Source of the DNA: Anaerolineae bacterium
GTDB taxonomy: Bacteria > Chloroflexota > Anaerolineae > UBA7937 > B3-Chlor
Direction of reading: 5' to 3'
DNA: 33,797 nt
Assembly (NCBI GenBank): GCA_035256725.1
Contig: DATEXS010000347.1
Location: 1-33,797, forward strand
The translations under genes and the position numbers were made by a program. Positions 7,429 through 16,542 of this stretch are shown here, piece by piece. The notes under the pieces were generated by a model, which saw only the letters and a program-made list of their open reading frames with translations, made no database searches and had not been told where the DNA came from. Position 1 is the stretch's first letter. The number at the start of each line of letters is the position of its first letter.

Positions 7429-9399
7429 CTAGCCCAGCACAGCCAGACCGGGTCCATAGATCATCAGGGTCAGGAAAGCATCGATCAGGCAGAAGATCAA
7501 AGTCGCAGCCAGCAGGTCCCGGACCTCCGCCCTAAAGAAGGCGACAACAACTCCCACGCCCCCCATCGCGAGTATCGCCGCTGGCATCAGCGCCCGCAAC
7601 GCACCATACCACGCGACCGGCAGGAAGGGAACCGAGACGGAGAAGGGTACGTAGCTCAGCAGGCCGGGGGTGAAGTACAGCTTGGCGGCCTCGTAGAGCA
7701 CTACTCCCACCGCCAGTGCCAAATACCCCCGGGTATCGGCCAGGCCCTGGCCTCGGAGCAGGAACCGGGAGGCCAGGAAGGCCCAGATGAGAGCAGGCAC
7801 CAGCCAGGCGATCGCTAGCGGCAAGGCTGGCAGCCCAGCTACCGCGCTGAAGGCGGTGTTCAGAGCTGCGAACAGCAGGTCGTCTCCGGTGAGGCGATCG
7901 ACTCGTTCGCGCACCGCCGGGCTCGTGCTGGCGTAGAACACGTCGCTGGGCCCTGGCTCCAGCCCATCAACCCAACTCAGATGCAGCAGGGCATTCTGGT
8001 CGGCCACCAGGTGGGAGAGCCTTGACCAGTGTGTGGTATTGCCAGCTACCTGATACCCCAGCAGCTCACCATCGGCGAAGACCAGGTTCACAATCTGGTG
8101 CTCCAGCGCAACACCCCGCAGCATGGTCATCCCAGCGGTGACCATGGCCTCCAGATCACCCAACAAAGGCGACGGGTAGGTGATTCTCTCGGTCCCGTAC
8201 TCCGTCTCTCCTTGCGAAGGGACCAGATACTGGTACCCGTAGGGCGATTCATGTGCCACGTAGGTCGGTTTCTCTTCCACGGGTAGAGTGAAGGACTTCG
8301 CCAGGACCTCCGAGGGCGACCCTAGTGCCAGGCTGCCATACCACCCCTCCGAAATAGCCTGGGCTGCCATCTCCCTGCGGTACTCCACCGTCCACACCAG
8401 GTACGCATAGTCGGAGTCGAAGGCCACCACCGGGCCGACGCGGGAGAACCGCCTGCCCGCAGGCAGATCCAGCAGCCTGGGCCCGGATAGAGAATTGGGC
8501 ATCGAGCCCTCCACGACTGCGTGATGCAACTCCACCAACTCTTCGCTGGAGCCAGGCTCTTCCCAGAAGACATGGAGCTCATTCCCGGGACCCATGGCGC
8601 ACACAGGGCTGGAGACCCCCCGAGCGACTAACCTCGGTACTGCAAGATCCCCGGCGCCCGGACTAAGGGCCAGGTAATGCAGATCTCGCTGTGGGCCAGC
8701 CCCCTCCGTGTAGAAGACGTGGACCAGGCCCGTTGGGTCGCGCGCCACGTCATACTCGAAGCAGTCGCTCCCCCGGGAAGACAGCAAAGACGGTGGGCCA
8801 GCCAACTCACCCTCATTGGTGAGCGCGAAGTGATAGAGCCCTGAGTGGGCGCCTTGCGCAAAGGAAGCCAGCATGAACACGTCGGCGAGCACGCCTTCTC
8901 CGGGTACGACCTGGAGCCTTCTGGGCTGGTGCAGGCCCACTCCCAAGTCGTGCTCTTCCTCCACCAGTCCCCGGTTGTCCAGTCGGGTGTAGCGAAGGTC
9001 GTGCTCCTGGGCGCTGAGACGCAGGGCCCACAGCAAGTGTACCTTCCCCTGGTCGTCAACGATGAAGGGCGCTCCACTATCGGTGCCGTAGAATCCGGTC
9101 CCCACGCGCACGGCCCGGCTCCAATCGGGCGCTGCCTTCTGGCCCAGGTCTGCATCCACCTCCAGCGGGCCGACCAGCGCGCAGACCAGGAGGGGGCCGA
9201 GCCCCAGCAGTGCCAGGATCACCCAGGGCAGCCAGTCTTTCCATCCGAACCTGGCCGAACGAACGGCATTCCGCGTTGAGTTCCCAATCGATGCTTTTCT
9301 TGTCAACTTGGTGCTTCCTGCCCTGCCAGCGAGTCTCGCTTCTGCCTGGATAGCGCGGACCGCAGCAGTTCTGGTATTCTCCCTGGCAGCCTTCGCCAC
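7429..9399 (-). CDS. Polytopic membrane protein with a large extracytoplasmic repeat (beta-propeller-like) domain; function unknown
   Basis: One N-terminal TM (WLPWVILALLGLGPLLVCALVG), a ~440 aa domain with the recurring motif G-x-hHhhW (VHLLWA, LVHVFY, LHVFWEE, YLVWTV, LLHLSW), and 4-5 C-terminal TM helices. The likely true start is the TTG at 9306, which overlaps the upstream TGA stop (TTGA). Confidence 0.75.
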   Translation of the reverse strand: MAKAARENTRTAAVRAIQAEARLAGRAGSTKLTRKASIGNSTRNAVRSARFGWKDWLPWVILALLGLGPLLVCALVGPLEVDADLGQKAAPDWSRAVRVGTGFYGTDSGAPFIVDDQGKVHLLWALRLSAQEHDLRYTRLDNRGLVEEEHDLGVGLHQPRRLQVVPGEGVLADVFMLASFAQGAHSGLYHFALTNEGELAGPPSLLSSRGSDCFEYDVARDPTGLVHVFYTEGAGPQRDLHYLALSPGAGDLAVPRLVARGVSSPVCAMGPGNELHVFWEEPGSSEELVELHHAVVEGSMPNSLSGPRLLDLPAGRRFSRVGPVVAFDSDYAYLVWTVEYRREMAAQAISEGWYGSLALGSPSEVLAKSFTLPVEEKPTYVAHESPYGYQYLVPSQGETEYGTERITYPSPLLGDLEAMVTAGMTMLRGVALEHQIVNLVFADGELLGYQVAGNTTHWSRLSHLVADQNALLHLSWVDGLEPGPSDVFYASTSPAVRERVDRLTGDDLLFAALNTAFSAVAGLPALPLAIAWLVPALIWAFLASRFLLRGQGLADTRGYLALAVGVVLYEAAKLYFTPGLLSYVPFSVSVPFLPVAWYGALRALMPAAILAMGGVGVVVAFFRAEVRDLLAATLIFCLIDAFLTLMIYGPGLAVLG

Positions 9400-11603
9400 A
9401 CCAGGGACCGCAAAGCCGACCAGGCCTCCCGCGCCGCCTCCTCCTCGGCGCGGCTGACAGCGCGACAGTCGAACTGATCACGAACGAACAGCTCGGCGAT
9501 GCACTCTATCCTTGGAGCACCTTGCGGCAGTCGCTGGGCGACCAGGGTAGCATACTCGTAGGGGGTTTGGGACGGCTGGCCCTTCAGGCCCAAGAGACGG
9601 GCGTAACCGCACATCCGCCGGTACACCTTGCCCACTTCGGAGACAGGGTCCGCCCTTTTCCACCTCGTATACCAGACCGATGCCGCTCCCATGCCCACCA
9701 AGCCAGTCAGAACTGCCAGAACCAGCAACGCTGAGGGCGGCCGCTGCCCTCTGGAAATCGGAACGGCAACGCCATCGAGTAGCTCTTCGTCTTCCCGCAG
9801 CCTATCCAGGTCTCGATCCACTTGTGAGTCCGCATCGCCGCTGGGTCTCTCCACCTGAGCACCGCTGGCGGTCTCCGCTCGCCCGATGGGGGCCACACTC
9901 GCCGTAGGCTCGAACTCCACCCAGCCGAAACGGGGGAAGAAAACCTCCACCCAGGCGTGAGTGTCTCGTTCGCGCACCACATACCGCCCGGTTTCGTCCT
10001 CTAGTTCGCCCCCCACGTAGCCCACCGCCAGGCGGGCCGGGATGCCCACCGCTCGGGCCAAAACGACCATGGCCGAGGCATAGTAATTGCAGTATCCTTC
10101 TCCGCTGTCGAACAGCAGATAATCAATGGCATCCCGGTCGCTCGGAGGCGGCTGGATATCCTTCCGATATTGTATAGTTCGGCGCAGATAGTCCTGGATA
10201 GCCACGGCCCGGTCGTAGGCGCTCTGATGAGGCCCGGCGATCTCCTGAGCCAACCCTCTTACCCGCTCCGGCAGGGTGGTTGGAAGCTGCAGGTAACGTT
10301 GGCTGACCCAATCTGGATAGTCGTCTACAGCGCCCCTGAGACTGGCAGCATCCGCGATAGATGCCGCGGAGAACACCCGGTACGGCCTCTCCATACTCAC
10401 CGGTATGCGCGTCTTCCCGGCTAACACCGACGCCGGTGCGGCCCAGGGATCGCGCGTCTCCCCGCTGGCTGGACCCAGATAGCTGAACTGAACCTCCACG
10501 GGCACGTCGGCGCTCAAGGGCTGACCCAGCTGGAAAATCTGGCCCAGACCAGACCAATTGGGCACGATGAACTGTTCGATCACGCGACGACTCTCGTACG
10601 GTCCCTCTGCAGGAAAATCCCGTTTCGCCGGGACCACGGCCGATAGGGTACCGGCATTGGACCAGCCTCGCCCGTCGTAGCGGTCATAGACTGCGCCCCG
10701 CCAATACCGCGCCCCGTCAGTGTCCACCCACATGACGATGTCCTCGCCCAGCTCGATAGGTCCGCCAAGCGCCAGGTGATCGCCAAAGGGGACGTTCTCG
10801 TAGCCGCGGTTATAGCCCATGACGCCGGAGAAGAGCCTGTTCCACTCGTCCCCCGCTGCCCGCCAGGGTCCCTCCACTCGCGCCCACAGGTCCGACAGCA
10901 CTGAGCTCGAGGAAAGCAGCGGTACAATCCACACCACAGCCACCACGGCCAAGATCAGCAGGCCTCCATCGCGGAGGAAGTTCAGGGTAATGTCGCGATC
11001 ATAACGCGCGTGCTCTCTGTCCCAGGATTTCTCCTGGTTGTAGACGTAGAGACGAACAGCCAATACTAATGCACAGAGAACGTACACCACGAAGAAGGGT
11101 GCAGCGTCCGGCGGGCTCCCGTAGGCCACGAGTAGCATGGCCGTTCCGCTGAGAGCCAGAGCCTGCCAGACTCTGTGGGCGCCGAAGACCATCCAGGCAC
11201 AGGCATACCCCACCCACCAGCCCAGCATCGTCATCAACAGGACGAAAGTGACCGCGTCGGTGACGGACCTGCCAGCCATGGCCATTCTGAGCCACGAGTC
11301 GAAGTGGTCGGCCACCATATCCACACCCTCGGGAAAGCTTAGCGCTGGGTCGATGAACCTTCCGACTACCGCGATAGTCACCGATGCCCCAACGAGCGCG
11401 CCGACCAGATGGCTCGCCGCCCGTGGCCAGCCAAGCCTGGTCATCAGGAAACCTACGGCCAGCCCGCTGAGGACGGTCCATTCTACAACGTACAGGCCTT
11501 CCACCCAGCCGGCGAACTCCATGCTCCAGGCAATGCATAGCAGCATGACCATGAGCAGAAAGAACGACAACTTGCCTTCGCGGGTCTGTAGCCTAGTCAT
11601 CAC
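9303..11603 (-). CDS. Transglutaminase-like membrane protein (TgpA-type architecture)
   Basis: About 6 N-terminal TM helices. The transglutaminase core has Cys (GEGYCNYYASAMVVLARAVGIPARLAVGY) and His/Asp (DTHAWVEVFFPRFGWVEFEPT). A later TM (ALLVLAVLTGLVGMGAASVWY) and a cytoplasmic tail follow. The start is GTG-ATG at 11603/11600. Confidence 0.88.
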   Translation of the reverse strand: MMTRLQTREGKLSFFLLMVMLLCIAWSMEFAGWVEGLYVVEWTVLSGLAVGFLMTRLGWPRAASHLVGALVGASVTIAVVGRFIDPALSFPEGVDMVADHFDSWLRMAMAGRSVTDAVTFVLLMTMLGWWVGYACAWMVFGAHRVWQALALSGTAMLLVAYGSPPDAAPFFVVYVLCALVLAVRLYVYNQEKSWDREHARYDRDITLNFLRDGGLLILAVVAVVWIVPLLSSSSVLSDLWARVEGPWRAAGDEWNRLFSGVMGYNRGYENVPFGDHLALGGPIELGEDIVMWVDTDGARYWRGAVYDRYDGRGWSNAGTLSAVVPAKRDFPAEGPYESRRVIEQFIVPNWSGLGQIFQLGQPLSADVPVEVQFSYLGPASGETRDPWAAPASVLAGKTRIPVSMERPYRVFSAASIADAASLRGAVDDYPDWVSQRYLQLPTTLPERVRGLAQEIAGPHQSAYDRAVAIQDYLRRTIQYRKDIQPPPSDRDAIDYLLFDSGEGYCNYYASAMVVLARAVGIPARLAVGYVGGELEDETGRYVVRERDTHAWVEVFFPRFGWVEFEPTASVAPIGRAETASGAQVERPSGDADSQVDRDLDRLREDEELLDGVAVPISRGQRPPSALLVLAVLTGLVGMGAASVWYTRWKRADPVSEVGKVYRRMCGYARLLGLKGQPSQTPYEYATLVAQRLPQGAPRIECIAELFVRDQFDCRAVSRAEEEAAREAWSALRSLVWRRLPGRIPELLRSALSRQKRDSLAGQEAPS

Positions 11604-11812
11604 TCTTTGTCACCGCGCGCCACCGTGAAGCGGAGCCTCCTCCTCAGGCGTTTTCAATGAGTTAACGCCCCTCGTCGGGGATCACGCCTTCGTAGCGCGC
11701 AGCGGCCTTCCTCGCCCCGATCGCCTCTAGGCTCAGCAACCGCCCAGTACGAGGTCGCAGTGTGTGGAAGCCGTAGCCATCCAGGCAATCGGCAAGGCCA
11801 CCTACCATAACC

Positions 11813-13237
11813 CTACTGAACCCTGGGGTCCATGACATCCCGCAGTCCATCACCGACGAGATTCCACCCCGTGGAGAACAGGACGATGGCAGCAATGGGT
11901 GGCACATAGGTGTACCAGTACTGGAAGGCGTTCGATGGAGTGCCGATGATCCAGTTGCGTCCTATGTACAGCATCCAGCCCCAGTCCGCAAGCCCGGCAC
12001 GACCTGAGAATCCAAGAAACGTGAACACGGCGCCCAGCACAACCATGGCCCCGACGTCGGAGGCAGCGAGCACGAACAGCCCCTGGGGAATGTTAGGCAG
12101 GATGTGCCGCCAGATGATGTGTCTGCTTCCAGCCCCCACCGACACCGCGGCCTCCACGTACTGCTTGGCGCGTTCTGCCAGCACGTTTCCGCGCACGAGC
12201 CGCGCGTACTGCATCCAACCAAAGAGAATCAGTGAAATGATGATGATGGAATCCACGCCGCTTCCGGCGCCAATATTGGCCAGTCCAAGGGGGCCAAAGA
12301 AGGCTAGCATCACCAGAGTAGCCGCAACGATGGGGAACGCCATGAAGGCGTCAGTGATCCTCATCACCACAGCGTCCAGCCACCTGCCATAGTACCCGGA
12401 AACAAGCCCAACCACCACCCCGACCAGCAACCGTCCAGCCGTCACGGAGAGTCCAATGCGGAAGGCGACGTGGGTTCCCCACACCAGGCCATGGAACACG
12501 TCAAAGCTGCGCTCGGTAGTCCCCAACGGATAGCCCGGACGAGGCGGCTCGGGATTGCCCCTATAGCTTGCCCTTGGCATGGTGTAGGGGTCGTCGCTTT
12601 CAGGAGGGGCCAGCATTGGTGCAGCAACGGATATGGCTACAAAACCCAGTACAATTACTATACCGAGCAGCAAGCCCGGCCTGCCCAGCTGCCTGAGGCG
12701 CCAGCGAGGTATGGCTGGCCATGAGGCGACGGACAGCGGCCCGACGGACTCCGCCCGCGTCGGTATGGCTCGCTGGTAGGGCCCGACCCCAGGTGGAGGC
12801 TGTGCGGCTGCACTGGGCGCGGCCGTTGCCGCTTCCAGCACTACCGTATCCGAAATCGTGGTGTACCCGTAGTTGACAGCCACCCTGGCCAAGAATCGCT
12901 CCACAGCCTCCACTGTGCGCCACACGTTTACCAAGAACAGCGTATGGCCCCTGGCTAGGGAAGCTCGCCGCACAGCCAGAGTAACTCCCCTCAGCGCGAC
13001 ATCGCAGTGGCTGAGGTCTTCTGAGCGCAGATTCCCCCTCAAGCCACGAAGAGCCGTTGCACACTCCTCTCCCAGCTCCAGAGATCGCTCATAGAGGGCC
13101 CCCCGCGCCTCAGCCGAGGCTTCGGTGGACCTTGCCGCTAGCTTCCTGCCGACGAGCCGCAGAGAGTGGTGGTATAGGTCCAGATGGGCCAGTTCTCTCT
13201 GGAGGTCAGCGGAACGAGCGTTCTCCACTCTGGCCAT
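11813..13237 (-). CDS. Peptide ABC transporter permease (OppC/DppC type) with a ~170 aa N-terminal extension
   Basis: The C-terminal ~300 aa form a typical OppC (LLLGIVIVLGFVAISVAAPMLAP ... AKQYVEAAVSVGAGSRHIIWRHILPN). The ATG at 13237 lies 18 nt after the OppB stop and is preceded by AGGAAGAG. Confidence 0.85.
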   Translation of the reverse strand: MARVENARSADLQRELAHLDLYHHSLRLVGRKLAARSTEASAEARGALYERSLELGEECATALRGLRGNLRSEDLSHCDVALRGVTLAVRRASLARGHTLFLVNVWRTVEAVERFLARVAVNYGYTTISDTVVLEAATAAPSAAAQPPPGVGPYQRAIPTRAESVGPLSVASWPAIPRWRLRQLGRPGLLLGIVIVLGFVAISVAAPMLAPPESDDPYTMPRASYRGNPEPPRPGYPLGTTERSFDVFHGLVWGTHVAFRIGLSVTAGRLLVGVVVGLVSGYYGRWLDAVVMRITDAFMAFPIVAATLVMLAFFGPLGLANIGAGSGVDSIIIISLILFGWMQYARLVRGNVLAERAKQYVEAAVSVGAGSRHIIWRHILPNIPQGLFVLAASDVGAMVVLGAVFTFLGFSGRAGLADWGWMLYIGRNWIIGTPSNAFQYWYTYVPPIAAIVLFSTGWNLVGDGLRDVMDPRVQ

Positions 13238-13255
13238 AGGTCGTGCTCTTCCTGG

Positions 13256-14344
13256 CTAGTACAGTCTGACTCTCGGGTCCGCGGACGCGTACAACAGGTC
13301 AGCCACTAGACTGGCTATCACAGTCACGGTGCACGTGAATATGGAGAAACCCACAGCCACGGGAATATCAGCGCCCAGCATAGCCTCGGCAGCCGCGCGG
13401 CCAATGCCATTGATATTAAAGACGCTCTCGATGACCACAACACCGCTCATGAGCATGGAAACCGCCGCCCCACCCGCGGATATCACCGGCAGCAGGGCAT
13501 TTCGACGGATGTGGACGCTGAAGACCTGACTCTCCGGCGCCCCCTTACTTCTGGCCGTGGTTACGTAATCCTGGCCAAGGACGTCCAGCATCGACGAGCG
13601 CATGATCCTGGTCAAGAGCGCCCACTCTGCGAAAGCCAGACTGACGGCGGGCAGAAACAGGTGCCTGAGGGCGTCCCAGAACATTCTCAGATCCAGGTTA
13701 AGTAACGCATCTATGGTGTGCATCCCGGTGTACGCGCGGAAACTGTCGGAGTGTAGAACCGCCCCAGCCCAGACACTGAGCCGGCCGGGTGGGAACCACC
13801 CCAGCCACGCATAGAACACGTTCATCAGAATCAGACCGAGGATGAAAGACGGGAGTGCCCAGCCCACGAAGGTGGTGGCCCGTATCAGATGGTCAGGAAA
13901 CCGGTTCCGATACCGTGCGGCCAGACTCCCCAGCATCAGGGCCAGCCCGCCACAGGGAACCATGCAGATCAACACCAGTTCGGCGGTGGCAGGAACGCGT
14001 TGGAGCAGGCCCTCCAGTACGGGCTGCTGCCAGGTGGGAGAGTAACCCCAGGTGCCCGTAGCCAGGAGACGCAGCCAGTTAACGTACTGGACGGGCCAAG
14101 GCTTGTCCAGACCGTGGATGCGAATAGCGCGCTCGACCAGGGCAGCTTCTTCATCAGGTAGGAGAAATCGGCCCGAGTGCGGAACGTAGATACGCGCGCG
14201 CACCTCGACGGGAAGCTGCCACATGAGGGAGAAGAGGATCAGGGTAACCAGGAAGATGATGAGTGGGATAGCCAGTAACCTTCGAAGCACGTATGGTATC
14301 AACCCGGGGGCCTCTCCGCCACGCACGCACCACAGAACGCCCAC
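13256..14344 (-). CDS. Peptide ABC transporter permease (OppB/DppB type)
   Basis: Conserved motifs IPYVLRRLLAIPLIIFLV and QDYVTTARSKGAPESQVFSVHIRRNALLP. The track start (14344) is a GTG. The TTG at 14302, preceded by GGAGAGG 8 nt upstream, is the more likely start. Confidence 0.9.
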   Translation of the reverse strand: MGVLWCVRGGEAPGLIPYVLRRLLAIPLIIFLVTLILFSLMWQLPVEVRARIYVPHSGRFLLPDEEAALVERAIRIHGLDKPWPVQYVNWLRLLATGTWGYSPTWQQPVLEGLLQRVPATAELVLICMVPCGGLALMLGSLAARYRNRFPDHLIRATTFVGWALPSFILGLILMNVFYAWLGWFPPGRLSVWAGAVLHSDSFRAYTGMHTIDALLNLDLRMFWDALRHLFLPAVSLAFAEWALLTRIMRSSMLDVLGQDYVTTARSKGAPESQVFSVHIRRNALLPVISAGGAAVSMLMSGVVVIESVFNINGIGRAAAEAMLGADIPVAVGFSIFTCTVTVIASLVADLLYASADPRVRLY

Positions 14345-14411
14345 GCCTGGGCGCCGCGCAGGATCCCTCTATACGAATACCGTTATCGTGCCCGAAAGGT
14401 TCACGTAGGTC

Positions 14412-15395
14412 CTAGTTCACGCGCCAGCACGCCACCCAGTGGTCGGTTGAGACTTCCTTGAACTCGGGCTCCTGCCCCTCGCAGACGTCCATCTTGACCG
14501 GGCACCGGGTGACGAAATTACATCCGATAGGTGGATTGGCCGGGCTGGGTAGATCGCCCACGAGGATGATCCTCTTCCTGGTCTCCTCAACAACCGGGTC
14601 TGGGATCGGAACCGCTGACAGCAGCGACTGGGTATAGGGCTGCAGCGGGTTCCGGTATAGCTCATCCTTGTCCGCAATCTCGAAGATCTTGCCCAGATAC
14701 ATAACCGCGATACGGTCACTGATGTGTCGCACCACGCTGAGGTCATGAGCGATAAACAGGTAGGTCAACCCCAATTCTGACTGGAGGTCTTCCAGCATGT
14801 TTATGATCTGCGCTTGAATCGACACGTCCAAGGCTGAGATCGGCTCATCGGCAACGATGAGGCTCGGGTTCAAGGCCAAGGCCCTGGCTACGCCAATGCG
14901 CTGCCGCTGTCCACCACTGAACTCGTGCGGATAACGGTTCACGAAATAGGGGTTGAGTCCAACGACTTTCAACAGCTCCTGTACACGCTCTCGCTTCTGC
15001 TTGCCTCTCGCTATGCCGTGCACTTCAAGGGGCTCCCCGACGATGCTGCCCACCGTCATGCGCGGATTGAGAGAGGCATACGGATCCTGGAAAATCATTT
15101 GCATCTCTCGGCGCATGGCCCGGAGTTGGCTGCCTTTCATCTGAGTGAGATCCTTCCCTTCGAAGACCACCGAGCCGCCCGTCGGTCGGTATAGTTGTAG
15201 GATACAGCGTCCCACGGTGGTCTTGCCGGAGCCACTCTCGCCCACGAGGCCAAAGGTCTCTCCACGTCGAATGAAGAAACTGAGATCGTCAACGGCCTTG
15301 ACGTCTCCCACGCGCCTCTGGAACACGCCCCTCTTGATGGGGAAGTACATCTTCAGGTTCTTGACTTCGAGCAGAACGTTGTTCTCGGCAGACAT
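14412..15395 (-). CDS. Peptide ABC transporter ATP-binding protein (OppF/DppF type)
   Basis: Walker [10 protein letters not shown], signature FSGGQRQRI, Walker [13 protein letters not shown], and the C-terminal oligopeptide-transporter domain ([20 protein letters not shown]). The start abuts the stop of the upstream ATPase. Confidence 0.93.
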   Translation of the reverse strand: MSAENNVLLEVKNLKMYFPIKRGVFQRRVGDVKAVDDLSFFIRRGETFGLVGESGSGKTTVGRCILQLYRPTGGSVVFEGKDLTQMKGSQLRAMRREMQMIFQDPYASLNPRMTVGSIVGEPLEVHGIARGKQKRERVQELLKVVGLNPYFVNRYPHEFSGGQRQRIGVARALALNPSLIVADEPISALDVSIQAQIINMLEDLQSELGLTYLFIAHDLSVVRHISDRIAVMYLGKIFEIADKDELYRNPLQPYTQSLLSAVPIPDPVVEETRKRIILVGDLPSPANPPIGCNFVTRCPVKMDVCEGQEPEFKEVSTDHWVACWRVN

Positions 15396-16376
15396 CTACT
15401 GCTTCCTCTCCTTGCTGATATCGACCCAGCACGCCACCTCGTGTCGGGGGGCCACCGTCCTCAACTCGGGATGCTCAGAGCAACGTTCCACACGATGGTC
15501 ACAACGAGGGGCAAACGGGCAACCAGTCGGCAGATCGATCAAGTCCGGCGGAAGTCCGAAGATCGGTGTAAGTTTTTCCTTTTTCTTCATGTCAAGCCGA
15601 GGCACTGAGCCCAAGAGCCCCACCGTATACGGATGTCGCGGATCTGCGTACAGCTCCTTCACGTCAGCGGACTCGATGATGAAACCCGCGTACATTACCA
15701 CAACCCTATCCGCGATGCCAGCGACTATGCCCAGGTCATGAGTGATCCAGATGATGGCCATGCCGATTTCATCTCTGAGCTGCTTGACCAATTCGATGAT
15801 CTGGGCCTGAATGGTTACGTCGAGTGCGGTGGTAGGCTCATCGGCGACCAGGATCTGGGGGTTGCAGGAGAGAGCCATGGCGATCATCGCCCTCTGCCGC
15901 ATTCCACCGCTGAACTGGTGGGGATAGTCGTCCAGGCGATCCTCCGCTTGAGGGATCTGCACCAACTTCAGCAGCTCGACTGTTCGCTCTCGGGCCTCTT
16001 TCTTGTTCATGCCCATATGCAGCGTCAAGGCTTCGCTGATTTGCTGGTTGATGGTGAGGACTGGGTTCAAGGAGGTCATGGGGTCCTGAAAGACCATGGC
16101 CATCTTGTTACCCCTGATGGAGCGCATCTCATCGTCGCTCAGCTTCATCAGGTCCCTACCCTCAAACATCACTTGCCCGGCCTCGATCTTGCCTGGCGGC
16201 TGCGGTATGAGGCGGAGGATGGAGAGTACGCTGACGCTCTTACCGCAACCGCTCTCTCCGACGATGGCCAAGGTCTCCCCCTCGTCTAAGTGCCACGACA
16301 CCCCGTTCACGGCCTGCACGATGCCATCGTCTGTGTAGAATCGCGTCGTCAGATCGGTCACTTCAAGTAAAGCCAC
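15396..16376 (-). CDS. Peptide ABC transporter ATP-binding protein (OppD/DppD type)
   Basis: Walker A GESGCGKS, signature FSGGMRQRA, Walker [13 protein letters not shown], plus [13 protein letters not shown] and CPFAPRC. The start is a GTG, with AGGAGG 7 nt upstream. Confidence 0.93.
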   Translation of the reverse strand: MALLEVTDLTTRFYTDDGIVQAVNGVSWHLDEGETLAIVGESGCGKSVSVLSILRLIPQPPGKIEAGQVMFEGRDLMKLSDDEMRSIRGNKMAMVFQDPMTSLNPVLTINQQISEALTLHMGMNKKEARERTVELLKLVQIPQAEDRLDDYPHQFSGGMRQRAMIAMALSCNPQILVADEPTTALDVTIQAQIIELVKQLRDEIGMAIIWITHDLGIVAGIADRVVVMYAGFIIESADVKELYADPRHPYTVGLLGSVPRLDMKKKEKLTPIFGLPPDLIDLPTGCPFAPRCDHRVERCSEHPELRTVAPRHEVACWVDISKERKQ

Positions 16377-16491
16377 TTCATCTGCCTCCTAGCCATGCCC
16401 GGCCCGGTTACGATCCTTGTTGCCAGCCTGGGATGCTGCTCGCTGGATCGACAGGGACAGTATAGGGCAGCGCATCTTCCTTCAGCGCAAG

Positions 16492-16520
16492 AATATACAG
16501 CATTACGCCCGGATTGTCAA
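16492..16520 (-). promoter_or_regulatory. Near-consensus sigma-70-type promoter for the oppDFBC-like operon
   Basis: The minus strand reads TTGACA-atccgggcgtaatgctg(17)-TATATT, inside the 166 nt gap between the two OppD-like genes. Confidence 0.6.
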
Positions 16521-16542
16521 GATACGGGCGCGAGCATCCGGG

